Origin: Desulfomonilia bacterium
GTDB lineage: Bacteria > Desulfobacterota > Desulfomonilia > UBA1062
DNA length: 64,000 bases
Assembly: GCA_963664325.2 (NCBI GenBank)
Contig: CAXXDQ010000004.1
Location: 288,001 to 352,000 of the forward strand
Direction: 5' to 3'
The notes beneath the pieces were generated by a model. That model made no database searches, was not told the origin of the DNA, and saw only the letters and a program-made list of their open reading frames with translations. This document shows positions 57,163 through 64,000 of the stretch, one piece after another; position 1 is the stretch's first letter; each line of letters begins with the position of its first letter. Position numbers and translations under genes: made by a program.

Positions 57163-60100
57163 ATGAAATTCCGAGGATACAGCATCAGCCTGAGGCTTCT
57201 GATTTTCGTCCTTGTCTCTCTTTGCCTGATGACCTTCTGGACTCAGGCCCATTTGAAGTTAAGTTCGGACCTCCTTTCATCGGTGCCGGTTAACGACCCG
57301 GTAATATCAGATGCAAAAAAGATATTTGAACGCTACAGGCTGCCTGACAAGGTGGCTGTAGATCTTTCAATCGACGGTGAGGCTGCGCCGGATAAAGACA
57401 TGCTGGCCTCCTCCGCCGGGTATCTCGAAAACGAGATGAAAAAATGCGGCCTGTTTGAAAAAGTCGGTGTGGATCAGCCGGGAAGTGTATTCGCTCAAAT
57501 CATGGACACGATAACGGATAACCTGCCCGGGAGTTTTTCGGCTGGCGACCTCAATAAACGCGTGTCGCCGCTTCTTGATACCGATAAAATCAGGGGCAGC
57601 CTTAAAGATGACATTGAAATGCTCGGTGGCTTCGAGGGTATCGGGCAGGCGGATATGATTTCAAAAGACCCTCTCGGCTTGAGGTTTATTGTCCTGGAAA
57701 GGCTCAGGAATTTTATGGAGGAAAAAGGTTCATCCGTCTACAAAGGCCATATATTCACCTCTGACGGCAGGCATTGCCTTGTTGTTGCGCACACAAAAAG
57801 TAACGGCATGGACACTGAGGGCGCCAGGCAGATTGCTGATGTCTTCAAAAAAGTGTCCGATGAATTCATATACAAGGCGGTCCGGGATAACGCCAGGCCG
57901 GTAAAGCTTAATGCAATAGGGTCGTACCGTGCAGCCCTCGATAACGAAAAAACGGCAAAAAGAGATGTAATATTTGCGGCAATAGCATCGACAATAGGCA
58001 TTGCACTGCTCCTCATAACGTGCTTTCCAAGGCCCTATATAGGTCTGCTCTCCCTTTTGCCCGGTCTTGTCGGCACAACAGTTGCCATGTTTATGTTATC
58101 CATCATAAGGCCTGAAATGTCGCTCCTGGCGCTGGGATTCGGAGGGGCCATCCTGTCATTCACCGTGGACAGCGGAATATCCTTTTTCCTCTTCCTTGAC
58201 CGGACTTCCGAGACAACTGGAAAAGAGACCTCACACGAGATCTACTCCGTGGAACTCATGGCCATGTTTACAACCGCAGGGGCGTTTCTTGCACTCGTTT
58301 TCAGCGGATTCCGGATCATGGCCGATGTCGGCATGTTCGCTGCGCTTGGTGCGATATTCACATTCATATTCGTTCACACGATGCAGCCGAGAATTTTTAT
58401 AAGCATGCCGCCAGCAAAAAGAAATGCCCTGCTCCCGGTCGAGCGGATTGCAGATTTTCTGAGCCTGAAGCCGGGATGGACCGGGTTTCTTCTTGCCTCC
58501 GTCCTGGGGATTGTCATGGCCCTTGCAGCAAGGCCTGTCTTCAATGCCGATCTGAACAGGATGAACGCGGTCGGCCCGGTTACGCTCAAGGCCGAGGAGA
58601 CGTTTAAACAAATATGGGGAGACGTTTTCAGCAGGATATATTTTCTCTCCGAGGCGGGATCTGTTGAAGAGCTCAGAAATATTTCCGACAGGATGTCGGT
58701 TTTTTTCAGGCGGCAGGCTGAAATGAAAACCCTGGCCTCGTCATTCACGCTGTCCGACCTGTTGCCGTCAACGCATCTTTCGGGACAGAACCTTGAAGCG
58801 TGGAAAGGCTTCTGGAACCAGGGCAGGGTGTCGTCTATTAAATCAACGCTGCTCTCGGCATCAAGAGATTATGGTTTCATGAATAATGCCTTCGTTCCTT
58901 TTATCGGTTCAATCGAACATCCACGGATAAAAAATACTGCAATCTCAGGCAATTCATACGAAATCCTGGGGTTCTTCAATGGCAGCAATGATAAAAAACC
59001 CATACTGATAAGTTCAGCCATGCCCGGAGTTTTTTACAAGGCACAGGCGCTTTTCGATGAGTTCCACAAGAACAGGCTAGGCAGTATGCTTGATTATGGT
59101 CTTTTCACCGAAAGGCTGTCCGGCCTGGTACACGGAATTTTCATGAGGACGCTCATCACTGCAGGAAGTGCTCTTGCCATTTTGCTGCTTTTCTATTACC
59201 TCGACTTCACCCTTGTGTTTCTGACCCTTCTGCCCGTGGTCTTTTCCATAATCTGCACCCTCGGGACTTTTACCCTGATCGGCCATCCTATCGATATACC
59301 CGGACTTATGCTGGCGGTGGTGGTCCTGGGCCTGGGAATTGTATTTTCCATATATATAGTAAGGATGCAGCAGCGGTATATCGATGAAAGCCACCCCTCC
59401 ATGAAGACGATCAGGGCCTCGGTCCTCATGGCCGCAACGGCCATCTTTACGGGGTTTTCAGTTCTGGCGGCTGCCAGGCATCCCCTGTTGTCAAGCGCTG
59501 GACTGTCCGCGACACTGGGCATATTATATACCTATGCGGGAACAAGCCTTCTCCTGCCGCCCCTTCTAAGGTATGTGTTCAGAGAACATCCGTTTCCTCA
59601 AGAAAAACTTGTCTTGCCGGGATCGCCTGCACACCGGAAAATGGTAATGTCGCGCTTTAAACACCTTGAAGTCTATGCCCGCATGTTTGCCAGATTCAAG
59701 ATGAAATTCGACCCCATGTTCCCAAAACTGGCCGGGTTCATAAAAGGCAGGGGTACAGTCCTGGATATAGGCTGCGGGTACGGGGTACAGGGCGTATGGC
59801 TTAAGACCCTTCTCCCGGGTACAAGGATATGCGCCCTTGACCCCGACACTGAACGCATCAGGATTGCCCGAAGGGTCCTTGGCAGGGACGACTGTGCTTT
59901 TGTTTCAACAGCCCAGGCATTCAACTCGTATCCGGAAACCATAGATACGGCACTGATGCTGGACATGATACATTATATCCCTGATGATGAACTAAAAAAG
60001 ATATTGAGTGATATAAGATCAAGGCTTGCAGACAGCGGACGGCTTATATTGCGCGTGACGATTCCGTCTGAGAAAAAAGTCCCTTGGGAGAGATGGCTTG

Positions 60101-60276
60101 AAATAATCAGGAACAGGTTAACCAGAAACACAATCTGGCTCCGTTCGAAAGACGGCATCACTTCTCTGCTTAAAGATACCGGCTACAAACTGGTGTTCTG
60201 TGAAGTAACCGCTCCGGGAAGGGAAGAGACCTGGTTTTTATCCGAGCCTGATGAAGGGCGCAGGGTTCTGTCATGA
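57163..60276 (+). CDS. MMPL-family exporter fused to a C-terminal class I SAM methyltransferase
   Basis: Two TM clusters with periplasmic loops and KDPLG motif; C-terminal VLDIGCGYG, LDPD..RI, LDMIHY. Confidence 0.85.
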   Translation: MKFRGYSISLRLLIFVLVSLCLMTFWTQAHLKLSSDLLSSVPVNDPVISDAKKIFERYRLPDKVAVDLSIDGEAAPDKDMLASSAGYLENEMKKCGLFEKVGVDQPGSVFAQIMDTITDNLPGSFSAGDLNKRVSPLLDTDKIRGSLKDDIEMLGGFEGIGQADMISKDPLGLRFIVLERLRNFMEEKGSSVYKGHIFTSDGRHCLVVAHTKSNGMDTEGARQIADVFKKVSDEFIYKAVRDNARPVKLNAIGSYRAALDNEKTAKRDVIFAAIASTIGIALLLITCFPRPYIGLLSLLPGLVGTTVAMFMLSIIRPEMSLLALGFGGAILSFTVDSGISFFLFLDRTSETTGKETSHEIYSVELMAMFTTAGAFLALVFSGFRIMADVGMFAALGAIFTFIFVHTMQPRIFISMPPAKRNALLPVERIADFLSLKPGWTGFLLASVLGIVMALAARPVFNADLNRMNAVGPVTLKAEETFKQIWGDVFSRIYFLSEAGSVEELRNISDRMSVFFRRQAEMKTLASSFTLSDLLPSTHLSGQNLEAWKGFWNQGRVSSIKSTLLSASRDYGFMNNAFVPFIGSIEHPRIKNTAISGNSYEILGFFNGSNDKKPILISSAMPGVFYKAQALFDEFHKNRLGSMLDYGLFTERLSGLVHGIFMRTLITAGSALAILLLFYYLDFTLVFLTLLPVVFSIICTLGTFTLIGHPIDIPGLMLAVVVLGLGIVFSIYIVRMQQRYIDESHPSMKTIRASVLMAATAIFTGFSVLAAARHPLLSSAGLSATLGILYTYAGTSLLLPPLLRYVFREHPFPQEKLVLPGSPAHRKMVMSRFKHLEVYARMFARFKMKFDPMFPKLAGFIKGRGTVLDIGCGYGVQGVWLKTLLPGTRICALDPDTERIRIARRVLGRDDCAFVSTAQAFNSYPETIDTALMLDMIHYIPDDELKKILSDIRSRLADSGRLILRVTIPSEKKVPWERWLEIIRNRLTRNTIWLRSKDGITSLLKDTGYKLVFCEVTAPGREETWFLSEPDEGRRVLS

Positions 60277-61145
60277 TGATGCTTTTTTATAAAGTCATGC
60301 ATGTCCTTGCGGGCTCCAGGGCCGGGATATGCCTTGCCGAGTTTGCCACCTGGTGCATTACTACATGTTATTTCCTCATGCCCAGGCCGCAGGTGGGATG
60401 GAGCATGGACTTTTACAGCTCCCTCTTTCCCGGCAGGTCAAGGCTTTACTACCTTCTGTGCGCATGGCGGCAGTTTCATCATTTTTCAACCGTGTTTACA
60501 GACAGGCTGATCGTGGAATCCTCGGGAGAAATATCATGCGAGAGCATCGGCTGGGAGCATATATACAATGCACATGCAAGCGGCAGGCATGGTATTCTTC
60601 TCATGTCGCATGTAGGCAACTGGGAGCTTGCAGCGAGGAAGCTAAGTGCTTTCGGGATAAAGGTGGCCCTGTTCGTGGGCTCGAAACAGGCACAGAAGAT
60701 CGAAGCGCAGATGAAAAGGGAAATAGCCGGCAAGGGGATAAAAATCCTGGCCATCGACGAGAACGAGAATGCTGCACTTAATGTCTTTGAAGTGCTTCAT
60801 TACCTCAAGAATGAAGGCTTTGTGTCAATGACAGGGGACCGGGTCTGGAGCGACAAACAGAAATCAATAGAGCTTGAATTTCTTAACCGGTCGGTGAGGC
60901 TGCCGTATTCCCCGTTTGCACTTGCATACGCACTCAGGGTTCCCCTCTTCGTTTTCTTCATAATCAGGACAGGCCGCGCAAAATACCGGATTGAATACAA
61001 CCCGCCGATCAGTCTTGAAACGGAAGACCGCTCTGAAAGGGAAAAGGTTATACATGAGGCGGCTAAAAAATATCTCGGCTTGTATGAAAGCGTAATACGC
61101 AGGCACCCGGATCACTGGTACTGTTTCGAGCCGTTCCTCTTTTAA
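60273..61145 (+). CDS. LpxL/lipid A-type acyltransferase (ApeJ C-domain-like)
   Basis: SHVGNWE, MTGDR, HPDHWY.F. Confidence 0.88.
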   Translation: MMMLFYKVMHVLAGSRAGICLAEFATWCITTCYFLMPRPQVGWSMDFYSSLFPGRSRLYYLLCAWRQFHHFSTVFTDRLIVESSGEISCESIGWEHIYNAHASGRHGILLMSHVGNWELAARKLSAFGIKVALFVGSKQAQKIEAQMKREIAGKGIKILAIDENENAALNVFEVLHYLKNEGFVSMTGDRVWSDKQKSIELEFLNRSVRLPYSPFALAYALRVPLFVFFIIRTGRAKYRIEYNPPISLETEDRSEREKVIHEAAKKYLGLYESVIRRHPDHWYCFEPFLF

Positions 61146-61155
61146 AAGGCGGAAA

Positions 61156-61965
61156 ATGTTAAGCAGCAGCCATCCCAGGATTTTTTATATAGGTATCACT
61201 GCAATGGTTATTGCTATCATGTTATTTCCGATAAGGCCGGTTTATGCACTGCTCCCGCTGTCAGTATTTGTCCTTCTTTCAATAGCGGCTCCGTTTTTTC
61301 CAGGTGCCCAGATGTTTCTTCCTTCTATCATGCGGGGTGTATCAGGTTCACAGGGTGTTGCCCTGACCTTTGACGACGGTCCGGACCCCTTCAGCACCCC
61401 TCTTCTTATCGAACACCTGAAAAGGCACGGCATCCATGCACATTTTTTCATTATCGGTCAAAAAGCTTCAGCACATCCTGAACTTATAAGGCTTATCCTG
61501 GATAACGGCCATACGCTCGGCAACCACACCATGCATCATGATGTGTTCATAATGCTGAAGCCTGCAGCAAGGCTTGATCAGGAAATCACGCTTTGCCAGG
61601 AGCTCATGAAGGGTTTCGGCATAAAGGCATATACATTCAGACCCCCTGCCTCAATTGTTAATCCAAGGCTGGGGCCGGTACTTTCAAGGCTTGGTCTTCT
61701 GTGTGTGATATTCAACAGGCGCGGAAGAGATTTCGGCAACCGCTGCCTGGACAATATAAGCAGGAATGTCATAAATGGCATTAAAGCGGGTGACATTATC
61801 ATGCTTCATGACAGGGCCCCGGCACAGGATGTTCCTGTTTCAAAGCTGATCGGACAGGTGGAAGAAACAGTTACCGGCATCAGGAAAAAGGGCCTTGATT
61901 TTTTACCCCTTGAGAAGCTTATAGGCAGGAAAGTGATGGAGGATTTATGGCAGAAAGAGAAATAG
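61156..61965 (+). CDS. NodB-type polysaccharide deacetylase with N-terminal TM
   Basis: LTFDDGP, GNHTMHH, FRPP, IIMLHD. Confidence 0.9.
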   Translation: MLSSSHPRIFYIGITAMVIAIMLFPIRPVYALLPLSVFVLLSIAAPFFPGAQMFLPSIMRGVSGSQGVALTFDDGPDPFSTPLLIEHLKRHGIHAHFFIIGQKASAHPELIRLILDNGHTLGNHTMHHDVFIMLKPAARLDQEITLCQELMKGFGIKAYTFRPPASIVNPRLGPVLSRLGLLCVIFNRRGRDFGNRCLDNISRNVINGIKAGDIIMLHDRAPAQDVPVSKLIGQVEETVTGIRKKGLDFLPLEKLIGRKVMEDLWQKEK

Positions 61966-62676
61966 CACTGGTTACAGGCGGCAGCCGCGGCATAGGTCGG
62001 GCGATATGTATGGAGCTTGCGGCAAACGGATATTATGTAATCATCAACTACCGCTCACAAAAGGATGCGGCGGCTGAAACGCTCTCAAAGATAAAAGAAG
62101 CGGGCGGCGAAGGCGAAACCGTGCAGTTCGATGTTGCAAACAGCGACGAGACCGCATCTGCATTGAAGGAACTTCTGGATAAGCACAAATATATCAGGGT
62201 GCTTGTAAACAATGCGGGCATAACCAGCGACAGCCTCTTTCCCATGACATCGAGACAGGGCTGGGAAAGCGTTATAGACACCTCTCTCAAGGGCTTTTAC
62301 AACGTCACGAAGCCGGTGCTCAGAAGCATGATCAGGCAGAAGAACGGAAATATAATAGCCATTGCCTCTATCTCGGGTCTTGCAGGAAATGCAGGACAGG
62401 TGAACTATTCCGCAGCCAAGGCGGGCCTGATTGGCGCATGCAAGGCCCTTGCAAAGGAGATGGCCAAGCTCGGCATAAGGGTAAATGCCGTGGCGCCGGG
62501 ACTTATCGAGACCGAAATGATAAAAGACCTGCCCCTGGACGCTCTTGTCCAGTACATTCCGATGGGCCGTGTGGGCAGACCGGAAGAGGTTGCGAAGGCC
62601 GTCATGTTCCTGTGCTCTGAGAATGCATCGTACATTACCGGACAGGTACTGTCGGTCAACGGGGGGCATGGTCTGA
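61947..62676 (+). CDS. fabG: 3-oxoacyl-ACP reductase (FabG/ApeQ-like); stop lost to a +1G frameshift in this sequence
   Basis: TGGSRGIG, NNAG, YSAAK, NAVAPG; with one G fewer in G6 (62661-62666) it ends NGGMV-TGA at 62676. Confidence 0.85.
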
Positions 62677-63287
62677 TGAAGCCTTATTTTAAGGCCCTTG
62701 TCCTTCTTCTTGCCTTCTCTGCGCTTGTCCTGGCGGGCTGGACCCTTAACTGGGAATCAATTGAAAAGAACATGTCCCAGGTAAAGTCCATCTCTGGAAC
62801 ATTCACCCAGAAAAAAAACGTGAAGATCCTCACCAGGCCGCTGATCAGCAAAGGCCGGCTCTATTACCTCTCGCCTGATTCGATAAGGTGGGAATATACC
62901 GAACCCGTTAAAAGCATCCTTCTTGTGCATAAAGGAAATGTGAAACGTTACATCATGAAGGACAATAAGCTGATTGAAGATTCAAGCGCAAGGCTTGAGG
63001 CCGTCAGGATAGTTGTAGGCCAGATTACCGAGTGGTTTGCCGGCAGGTTTAACGGGAACAGGGATTTCAAGGCGGAAATTATTGAAGGAAGAGTGGTGCT
63101 GACCCCTCAGAATACAACCATCCGGAATTTTATTCAGAAGGTTGTAATAACCTTTTCAAAAAACGACGGCGTGATCTCTGCCATTGAGATTGTCGAGGTA
63201 CAGGCGGGTGCGTCGATATACCTGGAATTTGACGATATAGCTATTAACAAACCCGTCCCTGACGGCATCTTCGAGAGAGCCAGATGA
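62676..63287 (+). CDS. LolA-like outer-membrane lipoprotein carrier (ApeL-like)
   Basis: Own signal peptide MKPYFKALVLLLAFSALVLAG; FTQKK..L..PLISKG, IRWEYTEP; TGATG overlap with the corrected fabG stop. Confidence 0.82.
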   Translation: MKPYFKALVLLLAFSALVLAGWTLNWESIEKNMSQVKSISGTFTQKKNVKILTRPLISKGRLYYLSPDSIRWEYTEPVKSILLVHKGNVKRYIMKDNKLIEDSSARLEAVRIVVGQITEWFAGRFNGNRDFKAEIIEGRVVLTPQNTTIRNFIQKVVITFSKNDGVISAIEIVEVQAGASIYLEFDDIAINKPVPDGIFERAR

Positions 63288-63934
63288 GAAGGGCCGTCTG
63301 TTTTTTGCTGCCGCTCTGCTGTCTGCTCTTTCAATGCGCGCATCAGGAAAAACCGGCAGGTTTGACAATAAACCCCGAGATTGAAAAAGAGTGCCTGTCG
63401 GTTTACCCGTCTAAATCCTTCCGGGCGGTCCACAAGATAGAGGCGGACCTTCCTTTCGGCGGGTACGAGACTTTTATCGGTGTGACAGAGGTTCATCCCG
63501 ATACCGGCCTTATCAAGGTGATCCTATTGTCTCCTGAGGGCATAACCCTTCTTGATGCCGAATGCTCGAGCCAGGGAACAACGGTCAATTCTGGTATTCC
63601 ACCGCTTGATAAAAAAGATTTTGCAGAAAAGTTCTCGGATAACATACGTTTTCTTTTCATGCCCCCCAAGGGCCGTCTCGAAGGTTCTTTAACTAATTCA
63701 GACAGCTCATGCCTCTGCATCTGGACAAAAGATAATTTCAGGACGGAAATTAAAAAAGAAAAAGGCCGTGCTGTTTTAAGCGAGATAGAAGGCTCGTCAA
63801 GAATCTCCCGTCAGGTTGTCTTTACGCCGCCTGCAACTGATGGATTGTACTCAAGGATGACACTTCAGACAAAAGGCCTCGGCGGATACAGGCTGAACTT
63901 TGAATTGCTTCAGACCGAAGATACCGGCAACTGA
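63284..63934 (+). CDS. Putative lipoprotein (DUF3261-like, cluster accessory)
   Basis: Signal peptide with Cys (LLFQC); LLSPEGITL motif; ATGA overlap with the upstream gene. Confidence 0.55.
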   Translation: MRRAVCFLLPLCCLLFQCAHQEKPAGLTINPEIEKECLSVYPSKSFRAVHKIEADLPFGGYETFIGVTEVHPDTGLIKVILLSPEGITLLDAECSSQGTTVNSGIPPLDKKDFAEKFSDNIRFLFMPPKGRLEGSLTNSDSSCLCIWTKDNFRTEIKKEKGRAVLSEIEGSSRISRQVVFTPPATDGLYSRMTLQTKGLGGYRLNFELLQTEDTGN

Positions 63935-64000
63935 ACGGTTAGCAACAGTTGCCGGTATTGCGTTTAATACAGAATGATTATTTGACTTTCTTGAGGACCA

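Noticed and set aside
61947-63287. 446-aa FabG-LolA 'novel fusion protein' in the ORF track
   Set aside because: The junction is a G homopolymer; deleting one G restores a normal FabG end and a TGATG overlap, and a cytoplasmic reductase fused ahead of a signal peptide is implausible.

Overview
A 64-kb chromosomal window, probably from an anaerobic deltaproteobacterium (inferred from gene content: AOR, DUF362, DapL, a CFI-box lipoprotein, a sigma54-type promoter). I saw no rRNA, tRNA, CRISPR array or transposase. There are four zones. (1) 0-4.6 kb: pbp1B, a SPOR/NlpC hydrolase and a TyrA fused to a shortened PDT-ACT module. (2) 4.8-22.7 kb, the best candidate for an undescribed system: a DUF1329/YCF48/MMPL/DUF1302 hydrophobic-solute transport cassette that contains a 1277-aa FGGY kinase + D-2-hydroxyacid dehydrogenase + SCP2 + class II aldolase fusion and ends in an aldehyde:ferredoxin oxidoreductase. 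A FadR-type operator sits in front of this operon and another in front of an M24-hydrolase/FadR pair 16 kb away, with a BPI/LBP-like lipoprotein in between. The domain logic suggests catabolism of a lipid with a polyol head, and bacteriohopanepolyols are one testable candidate. (3) 22.7-40.1 kb: housekeeping genes plus two tandem AT-richer surface lipoproteins (ZU5-like with an HFS motif, PKD, beta-propeller). (4) 40.5-64 kb: an aryl-polyene/ladderane-type II FAS/PKS cluster with two B12 radical-SAM enzymes, a fused KS-CLF, a PAL/TAL, a DAK2-DegV fusion and an MMPL-methyltransferase; it probably continues past the window. Three frameshifts are visible (about 53606, 56236 and 62661). All family calls come from motif recognition by eye, not from database searches.
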